The position numbers and the translations under genes were made by a program. Below the pieces are notes generated by a model. It was given only the letters and a program-made list of their open reading frames with translations. It did not search any database and was not told the origin of the DNA. This document shows, piece after piece, positions 23,291 through 34,846 of a stretch of 64,000 nt of DNA. Every line of letters begins with the position of its first letter. The stretch's first letter is position 1. Source of the DNA: Octopus sinensis (lineage: Eukaryota); assembly GCF_006345805.1 (NCBI RefSeq), contig NC_043022.1:11284001-11348000 (forward strand), read 5' to 3'.

Positions 23291-24993
23291 ATTGTAAATT
23301 CAACTATGCGACACCAAATGATGATTGAGCAACGTAATCTCCTGAATCAACTGAGGAAGCTTCTAAACGGTCACTCGACCTGCTAGAAATAGTAGCTAAA
23401 AATCTCTCAAATCCTGTCATACTGTCTTAAAAGAAGGAAGGGTACTTTGAATAATGTCGTCTTATGTTTAAATAAAAGACGGAATGCCCTTTAGTCACAT
23501 ATCGGTGAGTCTGTATATAAATTCTTTAAAAAAATAAATAATAAATAAACGATTGGATAACAAGCAATAATGCTTCAGATATGTACATTTATTAATTATT
23601 GGTGATCTTACGGTTCGTAAGATCGCCTAATTATTTATTACACACACAAGAGAATAGAAATTCGAAAGGAAGGGGCAAGTCAAATTTAGCAACCCAGTAC
23701 TTGATTAGTACCTGTTTTACCAACCGATGTTAAGTTGATCGCGGCAAGATTTAAACTCAGAACGTAAAGAACCAGAAGATGTAAGAGTCTGCCAATCTAT
23801 CTTGTGTGTATATTTAACAATTTTTTTCTAAGAATAACATACGGAGTTGTGTAAAATATATATATTTAACTCAGTATCTGTCCAAAACGTTTTCGTGAGT
23901 TTGTCCGAGGAGTCCATATTTGTTTTCAGACATTTATTAACTCCGGTTTCATACGTTGTGAGTAATATAAAACTTACTTTTTGTAAGTCTTAAGTTATTC
24001 TGATGGCTGAAAAAATCTAGGAATGTGTATCATATATGATGTATGGACTTCATGCAAAGGATTAAAAAGGATACTAACTGTTTTATCCTAGAAATGATGT
24101 TTCCGGATTTCTTGTTTCATTGTCTATAATGGCGAAGTCCTTACGACATTGCATCAAACAATATTAGGCACTATTTGAATACAGTGGTCCCGATGCATCT
24201 ACATAACAATATGTTTTTACAGTGCACACTCGTTAGGGTTACGTAAATGCGTCGGGACATCTGTATCTAAGAAGTACCCAATATTATCCTTGTTGAGCAT
24301 ATAACTATGTATTAGAAGCACCATTGTTTGTTTCTTTGGAGAACCCAATGACATTTCTGGTGTTTTTTTGGATTTGTAATCTATCTTCTGTTTCTGTTTT
24401 CTTTCGAATTTTACGGCTGGAGTATTCCATAGTAATTTTCGCGGTTTAAAAGTTGCCTTTTAATTATTACCTTTATTTTTAAAAACTTTCACTTTGTATA
24501 ACCCCTCTGCTAGTGGTCTTAAATAACTCTCCTTCAATTATAATCCCACCTTCATCCATACATACATACGCACATACCATAATATTTGACATCTACATAT
24601 AAATACTATTATATAACTTCATAAGTATGGAGCTTAAATTTTCTTTTTTAGCCGTAATTAATTATAAAACTGCTTGACAAGTTGCAAAAGTAAATGGACA
24701 ATATAGCAGTAAAGATGACTCAAATAGAAGAAGCTGTATACATTTCCTCAACTATGCATCACACCAAGGAACACTGGTGTTCCTGTCTAAAAATCTTTGA
24801 GTCACCAGAAAACGCTAATGGCATGATTGCTAGAACTTCTATGATCCTCAAAGAATGACTCCCTACGGGAGACTTATATATATGAATTTCTATAATTTCT
24901 TTTATATCACTAAAATCGCCCTTGTAAGAAGCTAGTACTGATGTTTCAGACATCCTTGCATCAAAGACAAACATTGGGGACAAAGACACACAC

Positions 24994-25042
<49 letters not shown>

Positions 25043-25244
25043 CAATAACAAATCTCTGATTTTCTTATCACTAACTTATCATTTACACAAAGGGTTGACG
25101 AGGTCTAAAGACCCCGGAATATTGCTGGAGTTGTTGCCCTTACTTGATAAGATCAAATTAAAATATTAGCTATTGAGCTAATGTTTTTTCTCTATTCATT
25201 GCATAGATAATTATTAATTAATTAGATTATTTTTTCACTATTGT

Positions 25245-25610
25245 TGTGACCCCCTTTGGTCATGAATGACCATGGAATTGCACCTCAAAAGTTACCCTCC
25301 AAGGCACAAATCTGGGCAAGGTTGTTTATGGAAGACCAGCAGTCGCCCATGCATACCAACCTTCCCTCTCCACGCCACCAATGTTACCCAAGGGAAAGGC
25401 AAAGGCCGATACAGCTTGGCACCTGTGACATCACAGCTCATTTATTAATGTGCAAGTGGCCGAGCATTTCACAGACACATGTACCTTTAACGTAGATCTC
25501 GGGGAGATTCAGTGTGACACAGAGTGTGACAAGGCTGGCCCTTTGAAATACAGGTACAACAGAAACAGGAAGAAAGAGTGAGAGAAAGTTGTGGTGAAAG
25601 AGTACAGCAG
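25245..25610 (-). mobile_element. 5'-truncated SINE-like repeat sharing a middle module with 25994-26289 and 58541-58850
   Basis: 25560-25610 AGAAACAGGAAGAAAGAGTGAGAGAAAGTTGTGGTGAAAGAGTACAGCAG matches 26094-26143 and the reverse complement of 58687-58732. Confidence 0.55.
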
Positions 25611-25712
25611 TATTATAAGTATGACATAACTCTATATATATATATAATTACATATGTACGTAATTTTATGTCTTTTATTAATTGCTTCATTTATTTTCTT
25701 TATTTTATCCAG

Positions 25713-25857
25713 GACAAAGACTTTGAATTTGATGATCATGATCCCTTTTTAATGAGTGATGCTAGATCAAGAACTTTTGTAGATGATGAAGATGACGTTG
25801 ATGGCTCTGGTGATGAAAATAGTGGTGATGGAAATGATCTAAATGGCCATTATCCAG
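25713..25857 (+). CDS. HSPG2: Perlecan-like exon: acidic domain I region with Ser-Gly-Asp glycosaminoglycan attachment motifs
   Basis: Polypyrimidine tract and AG at 25711-25712; GTAAGA at 25858. Translates DKDFEFDDHDPFLMSDARSRTFVDDEDDVDGSGDENSGDGNDLNGHYP. Phase 0 to 1, in frame with the next exon. Confidence 0.85.
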
Positions 25858-25993
25858 GTAAGATTCTATAATGTAACTATTAACTGTGTTTTATGGTTTT
25901 CTAAACAGGTGTAGACCCTTTCAAAAGTAGCATTGGAAAAAATATTCACAATACTTCTTTTAAATTTCCTAATCATATATATATTTTTTTTTT

Positions 25994-26289
25994 ATGTGCC
26001 CTTTTCAAGCCTAACCAGGCTCATGGGCCCGGTTCTGTGGCGTATGTGTTCCCCCCAGCTGGACGGGATGTCAGTCCATCACAGCGTTACTCAAGAAACA
26101 GGAAGAAAGAGTGAGAGAAAGTTGGGCCGAAAGAGTACAACAGGGGTCGCCACCACCCGCTGCCAGAGCCTCGTGGAGCTTTAGGTGTTTTTGCTCAATA
26201 AACACACACAACGCCTGGGCTGGGAATCGAAACCGCGATCCTCCGACCCCGAGTCCGCTGCCCTAACCACTGGGCCATTGCACCTCCAC
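25994..26289 (-). mobile_element. tRNA-derived SINE
   Basis: Minus-strand head GTGGAGGTGCAATGGCCCAGTGGTTAGGGCAGCGGAC...GGTTTCGATTCCC contains A-box and B-box motifs. Confidence 0.8.
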
Positions 26290-26486
26290 CTAATCATATA
26301 TTACTTATTGTTAATTATCCTTGATGCTTCACATGTATTTATGCTGGAAAGAAAAAAGGACTGGATGAGCCCCAGATATTCCATATATATAACGTTATTG
26401 GATACAGGAAATCATAATATTTGGTGGTGGTTATAGTTATTGACAATATAAGAAAATTTCAATTTTTATATCAAACATATTTCTTA

Positions 26487-26688
26487 CATGTGGCTGTGTG
26501 GATAGAAGCTTACCTCCCAATCATGTAGTTTTGGGTTCAATCCCATTGCATTGCATGTTGAGCAAGTGTCTTCTACTCTAGCTCCTGGCTAACCAAAGTC
26601 TTGTGAGTAGACTTATAGGTGGAAACTGTAAGAAGTTTGTCGTGTGTGTGTGTGAAACTGTGTTTGTCTCCTACTACTGTTTGATAAA
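26487..26688 (+). mobile_element. Decayed CORE-like SINE, interrupted by the SINE at 26689-26920 and apparently resuming at 26921-27100
   Basis: GTGGCTGTGTGG...GGGTTCAATCCCA...GAGCAAGTGTCTTCTACT...GGAAACTGTAAGAAG followed by (GT)n. Confidence 0.6.
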
Positions 26689-26920
26689 GGTGGTGAGCTG
26701 GCAGAAACGTTAGCACGCCGAGCGAAATGCTTATCGGTATTTCCTCTGCCATTACATTCTGAGTTCAAATTCCGCCAAGGTCGACTTTGCCTTTCATCCT
26801 TTCGGGGTTGATAAATTAAGTACGAGTTATGCACTGGGGTCGATCTAATCGACTTAATCCGTTTGTCTGTCCTTGTTTGTCCCCTCTGCATTTAGCCCCT
26901 TGTGGGTAGTAAAGAAATAA
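26689..26920 (+). mobile_element. tRNA-derived SINE (GGCGGCGAGCTGGCAGAA family)
   Basis: GGTGGTGAGCTGGCAGAAACGTTAGCACGCCG...GAGTTCAAATTCCGCC...GGGTAGTAAAGAAATA is highly similar to 40786-41015. Confidence 0.8.
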
Positions 26921-27910
26921 CTACTTTTTGACAACTGGTATTGGTTTTATTTATGCCTCTCCTCCCCCTCCTAAATTAGAGATTTGGCAAAGCAGACCGA
27001 AAGGATATATACCCAGCTTAAAAGGGGAAAAAAGTAAAAGTAAGTTCTGGTATTGATTTCTTCTACTAAACTGTTCAAGGCAGAAAAAAATATAGGCTGA
27101 AAAAACAAAACAAAAACTAATAACTTTTTTTGCATATTGTTAATGTAATTGTTGGTTGTAGGAACCTATGTGTGATGAGTTTAAAACCCAAATAACTTGT
27201 TTCTCATCTGCTTAATATAATGGAAATCAGAGATTAGTAGTTGCAAATCAATGGATGCAAATCACTTTATGAAAGGAAAGACTAACATAGGCTCAATTTA
27301 TAAAATGTATTGAAGAGGCAAAATGATACTATATAATTCAAGTTGATGTAAGGAGCTGAATTACATGCCCCTAAAATTCTCAATGAACTGAAATTTACTT
27401 CATAGTGTGAAAAAGCAAAAACTTTGATTCTCAAAGAAAAAGAGAGAGAAATTAAGAATTAATTTAATTTAATTTTCATTTCGCTTTTGTATTTGGTTTG
27501 CAAGATTCTTTATGTAAATTCATGTGTTGAAACAAATTTTTTATTTTTGTGTGTCTGGGGATAGTCATTCTGTTTGAATGCCTTATTAATTAACACACTC
27601 ATCAGTTCAATTTCTACTCTTTTATTATTTTCCTTTCCTAAAATTTTCTTTGTTTCTTGCAACCTCTCAATAGTTTTTGACTCTTTATTTTCATGCTTAG
27701 GGAAAAAATTGGTTACATTATGTTAGGTTCATGTCCCCTTCAAGGGTTTCTGTACATTATTACATTTACTTTACAGTAAAAGTTATAGCTAAAGACTGAA
27801 TATCAGATACAGAAAAAAAAATAAATAAAAGGTAACAAAAATGAAATAAACTGAAATTTTCTTCAACTCTGGACTTAAATTACACTCACCAACTTTTTCT
27901 TTCTTTTCAG

Positions 27911-28076
27911 ATTTTTACCGGATAACATTCAAACTACTATACCTTAGGGATTTACGTGGATTAGAAAATACATCTAGCCAACACTACCGTCGGATTTCAG
28001 AACAGATCCAAGGATTTGTATCTCAGCTCTACAACAAGAAAGTTCGTGCCAGCATTATCGGCTATACAGTCTCTAA
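27911..28076 (+). CDS. HSPG2: Perlecan-like exon: SEA domain, N-terminal half
   Basis: TTCTTTTCAG acceptor; GTAAGG donor at 28077. (D)FYRITFKLLYLRDLRGLENTSSQHYRRISEQIQGFVSQLYNKKVRASIIGYTVS resembles the perlecan SEA pattern (YFRALVNF...LEDAGSREFREVSEAV). Phase 1 to 2. Confidence 0.88.
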
Positions 28077-29849
28077 GTAAGGATTTTTTCCATCTCTCTC
28101 TCTTCTTGTTTTCTTCTTTTCTCTCTTCCCTCTCATCTCAATCAAATAACTGTTGTTTTGATTTTTAATAGCTTCATCATTGAAGAATTGAGGTTATTAA
28201 TTGTTTGTTCTGCAAAAGACATCAGAGACAGCTTCTTATCGTGTACATTTTCGGCGGGAGGATAAAATATTGGTAGATTATATATAATATATGTGTGTGT
28301 GAGTGTATCCTAGAAGGTTTTTATCACTACAATTCATAAGGGAAATCTTAAACAGTTTGTGTCAGAAAAGGGCATCTGGCTCTAAAACACTGCCTCAAAA
28401 AGTCCTCTGTAATTCATATTAACATGATAAAGCAGGTTTAAAGGGTCAATACATATATACATCAAATGACTGCAACTGAGATGCATTTCACACCGCTGTA
28501 CCAGGAATTTCTGTCCCCCATTAACTTTGGTGAGTCCCAATTTCATGGCAATAAAAATTTCTCTCAAATCACATCCTACCATCTTAAATACATTAGGTTG
28601 TCAAGTCCTAGACATACCCCAACAATTCTTGGCTGGAATAAATTTAACTACTGATTTGATTGGTTGCCCTAGGGCTAAGCAACATCATAAATAATGTCTT
28701 AATAGCATGAAACTAATGTACAAAAATATGGGTGTGCAACTAATGGAAATTTGAAATTTTGTCCCTTTTGTTTAGGATTCAACTCACCTCTTGGCAGCAG
28801 AGTTTGGCCCACTGTATGTTGTGATTCCATTTAAACTACAAGCTTTCACTAATGGTTAATATGATGATGGACATTTATTAACAGATTTGCCCAATCAGTA
28901 CCAGCTCTTTGAGGGTGCTTGAGCTAACAACACAGACTCTCTGAAGTCACTTGTTTTATGAGAAATGACAGCCAAATTTACCTCTGTTCATCTTGAAAAA
29001 GAGAAGGGCTCTTTAGATATTATAGTTCTAGATATGGACTACCTGAAAAAAGGACAGAATGACCATTTACTGGAACACTTTACCCAATTAGGGCTAAACA
29101 TCAACAGCCTTCTCCTTAGTCCTTAGTGAACAAGCTGGAGGGACTCCATGGTTGAATATATTGAAAAACCAAGGTGAAGCTAGATATCATAATTGATCAT
29201 GGTTGTCTTTGCATAAGTAGTGGTTTCTCACATGAACTGCTGCTATTTCAATGGGAACCAAGAGCATTTCATATTTTCAGTATCTTAAAAACAACATAGT
29301 ATAATTAAACAAAGAAGGATTTGTTAATGATTTTTCGCAACATTTGGGCTTTGATATTTGCCTTTCATGTGTGTGTGTGTGAAGGCATGTAGTCTAGTGG
29401 TTACAATGTTGGTCTCATGATCCCAAAGTTGTAGGTTTGATTTCTAAACTGAGTGGCACAGTGTCTCCTTTCACATTACTGCATTCTGCTCAGCTGAAAT
29501 TGAGTATCAGCTGAGTGCTGGTGCAGTGCTCTACTTCAGTAGGAAAGATATGGGTGTTGCACTAGGTCAAATGGTGGGAGGGCTGAGAGAGTGTCTACGT
29601 TTGCATGTAACTATATATATGTCTAAAACAATTAGCAAAAGCATTGTACTTGCTACCAGGTTATATTTACTTGGTATTTATAGCTATGAGTTACATGTAA
29701 ATGTATGGCTATAGTTCAGCTGACAGGAGAGAGGAATAAACTTAAGCAACTAAGAAGCTGTGTAAATTTCATAATATCAATCTTCTAGATTACGCTGAAC
29801 AGTTTATATATATGTGAGGAGGTGTGTGTGTATTCATTATTTGAAGTTT

Positions 29850-30830
29850 GGTTTCCACTGATCCAGGTCCACTGGAGATCTACTCTCTTACATCATTCAC
29901 TGACTGGCTTCCACTTTAGAGAAGCTTAATGAAAACAATGTTGTTGCCATAGACATCAACAACAAAGATCATGTCTGGCATGTGAATCTCCTATCAAAAC
30001 CTCCTGCTTATGGGCTCAACCCATCTCTCATTTCTTGGATTAGTCGCTTACTATCAGATTGCACCATTCCAGGTTGTATTGATGGTGCTCTTTCTGACCC
30101 TGTCTGAATCAACTCTGATGTTCCCCAGGGTTTGATTTTGTCTTTCATTCTCTTCCTTCTATACATAGTAGTCTACTTTATCCAAAGTGCTCATACTTGT
30201 ATAGAGGATATGATCCTTCATTGCTTCCTAACCTCCCACAAATATGTATCATTATACACAATCTAAACACCACATGCCAAATCTATGTTGATTTCATGAA
30301 TGGAGACATTGAGAGCATCAGTGAAAACCTTGTGCCTTTACAGCAAAAAGACTCAAACACTACTCATGGTCAAGAAAACACCTGTTAAATATGCGTGGTA
30401 TTCAGCTGGAGCTCTCTTGGTCACTTCAAATACTGGTTTCACTATTATTGAGGCTTTTTCCAGGTGAAAGCACATTCTTAACATATCTAGGATTGCATCT
30501 CAAGAACTGGCTTTTCACTTCATGGGTCAACAAATATTTCAACTCCCAATGGTTGCTCATATTTTACAAGACTCAACTGAAGCCCACAAGTGGTACTGTT
30601 CTCATATTTGGGATGGTGCTGTTATGCACATAACTATCTTGAACTTCATCTTGAGAAGAGTCATTCAACTGATTAGCATTAAATCATTAACAGACAATTT
30701 CCAGCCTCTAGTCTACAGACATGCTGTCTCTGAAATCTTCTCTTTGTTCATATCTTTCCTACTGGTTTTGACTTATAGCAGTTCAGAACAACATTAAAGG
30801 AATGAATCTCACTGGTCTTAGGGAGCCTAC
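29850..30830 (+). mobile_element. Decayed CR1/Jockey-group LINE reverse transcriptase fragment
   Basis: Reads through stops and shifts as RSTGDLLSYI...VAIDI...VWH..LLSK..AYGLNPSLISWIS..LSD...DGALSDP..INSDVPQG.ILS.ILFLLY, then KYFNSQWLLIFYKTQLKP...YCSHIWDGA. Confidence 0.7.
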
Positions 30831-31132
30831 AAATGCCATACACACTACCCCTTCTCTTGGCTCAGCAAGTTAAAAAAATGCATCTGCAAGATATAAGAGC
30901 AAAGATATGTAGGAAGATGCTGTATTGTAAAACCTGGTCATCCCAAGCAGCACCACTGAAAACAGGATATAGAACTGACAATGGGGACAACTCAGTTAGA
31001 AAAAAAGACTTACAGCATTTTATATTAGTTTATTCTAAATAATTACTGTTGTTTGCACAGTTTTTCATTGTTTTCATTAAATGCTATTGAAACTAGCTTG
31101 ATAATTTCCTTTGCTTTGTTTCCATATTTCAG

Positions 31133-31281
31133 TCAAGATGCCTACGTTTCCATGGATTTAGGCACAAGTGAACTCACTAATGCAAAAGAAATCAAAAACA
31201 TACTCTATTCAGAACTTTCAAGAGGTCGACTTGGAAACTTTACTGTGTCCGCAGAAAATTTTAGTTTCAACTCGCTTGGAG
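31133..31281 (+). CDS. HSPG2: Perlecan-like exon: SEA domain, C-terminal half
   Basis: TTTCAG acceptor (AG 31131-31132); GTATAG donor at 31282. (N)QDAYVSMDLGTSELTNAKEIKNILYSELSRGRLGNFTVSAENFSFNSLG parallels the perlecan VFVELDVGS...GSVASYVTSPQGFQFRRLG segment. Phase 2 to 1. Confidence 0.88.
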
Positions 31282-31334
31282 GTATAGAATCTTTTACTTT
31301 ATTATGTATCTACCTATATACACACACACACACT

Positions 31335-31394
<60 letters not shown>

Positions 31395-32370
31395 CATACA
31401 TATATGGGGGAGGTATGCATAAAATCCCAGATTTAAAACCAAACATACACCCACTGGTATCATAGAACCTGTCTTGCTTAGAATGATTGAAATACACATT
31501 TAAGCCAAGTAATGTATATGAAACCTTAGGTATGCTTTTAAAGTTCTAGATATCTCATAATCACATATGCTAGCAAACAAAATCTTGAGTGTTATCTTAA
31601 AGCATATTGTTAAAGAAAGATTCTTACCAAGAACATGTAGACTTAAAGAAAACAAAAACCAACAACCAGAGTTACAAAATGTCAATGATTTCATTTATAG
31701 TGAGGAATAAAAAAAGCTGAACATTTTAGGCATTTCCTCTTCTACAAAGAGAAAGATGAAGAGGAATTTTTAGCCTGGTAGTTGTTTTTCACTCATCATG
31801 CCAATTGAACTTATCAACATTACATAAAGGCATCTTTTAGTTAATTGCTGTGAACACGCACCCTCAGGAGATTCCTTAGATTCTGCACTTTGCTATAGGC
31901 TTAGTGTCGTTACTAGATACATCAATTTCTCTGTTGAAGTAATAACTTTACCTCGTGAGTTACCATTTCTAATATTTTCTCTGCTGCAAAGGTCTGTCTT
32001 CTATGCAGAGTACCATAATGAAATACAGCTAAATGTTAATTATGTCTTTAGATCTACTTTCCGCTAAATAATATTTAACTATAGGGTAATTGTATTTAAT
32101 TATAGGATAATTATTGTTATGTAATTTTCTGATATATATGTCTAGCATTAATGTATTATAAAAAAGAGTTGAACAGTGATTTAGAAATTCTGAGGTTTAA
32201 ATAGTAGCAAATGCTAATAATTTCTTTATAATTATTGTACTAGTCTTTATTTATACTTTTATATACATACATTCTTGCATACATAAATACATATATGCAT
32301 TCATGTATACTTATATATGCACTCATGTTTATATGTTTATGTGTATGTATGTTATTATGTACAGCTATAA

Positions 32371-32371
<1 letters not shown>

Positions 32372-32419
<48 letters not shown>

Positions 32420-32420
32420 A
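32372..32420. repeat. (ATCT)n microsatellite with no insertion
   Basis: Seen directly. Confidence 0.9.
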
Positions 32421-34604
32421 TAGATATACACTCATAGCCATACATACAAATGCACACACACATACACACGCTCACACATACTCACACACACACACGTACT
32501 CACACATACAACCAGGCTCATATATGTATGCGTATATGTTTTAGGCATATGTGAACATGTCGTTTATAGTCATCAAAAAGTGGAAGTTTCAAGTACAGAA
32601 TATATGACTACATAACTTTTTTGGTAGTCTTGCTTATGTTTCCAAATATTTAAGCTGCTAAATATATTGGTAAGCTACAGAATTAGGACAAAAAAGATGT
32701 AAGATCTTGAAAGAAAGCAATAAAAAATATCTAAGACTTTCCAAATTCAACATTTGATTATGTAAGGGGTCTATAAGATCTCTCAACCTCCTATAAATAG
32801 CAGCAAATCTCTTTGTAATCCTCCCCTACTGTGAGGACAAACTAAATAACGTAGTTCTTTGGTTTACTAGATACCCTTAAAAATCTGGGATGGTTATGGC
32901 TAAAATATCCCTTTGATTATAGGCCTGCTGGAGGAAGCTAAACAGTAACAACATATATGTTGTAAAAGGAAGCCTCTATGCAGTTGCTTGGCCTACAAGA
33001 AATAGCAACCAAATCCCTTAAGAATCACACACATGCAATTAACATTGAACTATTTAATCTCTGTTGAGCAATCAAAAGAGATGGTCATAACTGGAGGTTT
33101 ACTTACTAGCTGTTACTTCAGGCTAAACAGTATCAGTGTATTTGTTATTGGCTAAATTTTCTTTAGGGTAATTTTCTTTAATAATTTTAGTTAAATGACT
33201 GGTATGCTTAGACATAGATTTAATCGTATCTAAATGCATTAGTAGCATAAGAAATGAGTAAATGTGTGTCTACGCATTTTTCTTTATTCTTTAATATACT
33301 CTGATAAAATGTATGTGCTAGCCCCTCCACACATACACAGGCAGTAAAAAGAAAATATCAGAACAGAGGAATAATTGCAGATGAGCACATTGACACAGTA
33401 ACATCAAGTTATTATGATATGCTACAGCACCGGGACCCAAACATTGTATTGTGATACTGTTCTGTGGTGAGATGCAACTAAGTGCACTGCCAAAAAATTT
33501 TTAAATGAAATAAAATCTTTAAAAATTGCTAAGTACAAGCTTGGATTCTAAATAAAAAATTTAACTTTGCTTCATTTATTAAATGTTGAAGTAATTAATT
33601 AATAATTTTCTAAAATATAAATTATTTCTCTGTATAAGCTACAAGTTTTTTTAAAAACTTTGTATCAGAAATATACCAAAGCATTTTTATTTGCACTGAA
33701 GCATACCACGGACTAAAGAAATTCGTGATCCATTGCTCTATAGTCTAGATGTATCTGAAACGATTTTAGAGGTGACTCTCACTACTCAGACTTAATGAAT
33801 AAAGTAACATGTACATATGCCTACATTATTGTGTGTACATATACAACAGTAGACTAAGATACAAGCATTGACTAAGATGAACATGATGTATTTCATTTCT
33901 CTTCTTTCTCTCTGTCTCTCTTGCTCTACATCTTTCTCTCTTGCATAATAACTTAAATGCAGCACACAAACATACGTACACATAGTTTTTATGTTCTTGT
34001 TGTTTTTGTTAACTCATAGCTTCTACAAGACTGAATTAAAGCATGACCAATGTTCTTTTTTGTTTTTTCTGGAATTGCAACCACTGTCACTCTTCATAAC
34101 TAATCTCATAAGAGCCATCTCACTGAATTAATCAAGCATCACACTGTGTGGATATTTCTTCTCACCATTTAACCCTATTTTCCAATTTTATTTTATTTTA
34201 TCAACTTTTACATTTTCAGTTGTCTTCTTTTTCTTTGCTTGTCTAGCTTAAGCATTGTTCTACAATATTAGTCTTCACTAGTATTTTATCACTCTTTAGT
34301 GAAGGGTTTGCTTCAGTGTATAATGAAAGTCATATCATCTGTCACTAAGAGCTCCTCCATTGGGTGGTGATTCTGCAAGAGAAAATGAGAGAAGGGGAAG
34401 AGAGAGAGAAGAAAAATTGACTCTGTATGTGATTGGCCTTTTAGTTTATTGTCCGCTAAGGATGAAAGGCAAAGTTGATCTTGACAGAATTTGAACTCAG
34501 AATTCAATGAAAGAAATGGAACAGTTACTACAAGGCATTTGTCCAGTGCTCTAAAAAATCTACTAATCAACCACCTTCTATATAGGTGTATAAAAAAAAA
34601 AATA

Positions 34605-34846
34605 GATGCGCCCTTCTAAAGCCTAGCCAGGCTCATGGGCCCGGTTTCAATGGCGTATGTGTTCCCCAGCTGGACGGGACGTCAGTCCATCACAGCGTTA
34701 CTCATTTTTGCCAGCTGAGTGGACTGGAGCAACGTGAAATGAAGTGTTTTGCTCAAGAACATAACACGTCGCCCGGTCCAGGTATTGAAACCACAATCTT
34801 ACGATCATGATGCTGACACCCTAACCACTAAGCCATGCGCCTCCAC
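34605..34846 (-). mobile_element. tRNA-derived SINE with 12-bp TSD
   Basis: Minus-strand head GTGGAGGCGCATGGCTTAGTGGTTAGGGTGTCAGC...GGTTTCAATACC; central GTTGCTCCAGTCCACTCAGCTGGCAAAAATGAGTA. The direct repeat TATAGGTGTATA is at 34581-34592 and 34851-34862. Confidence 0.82.
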
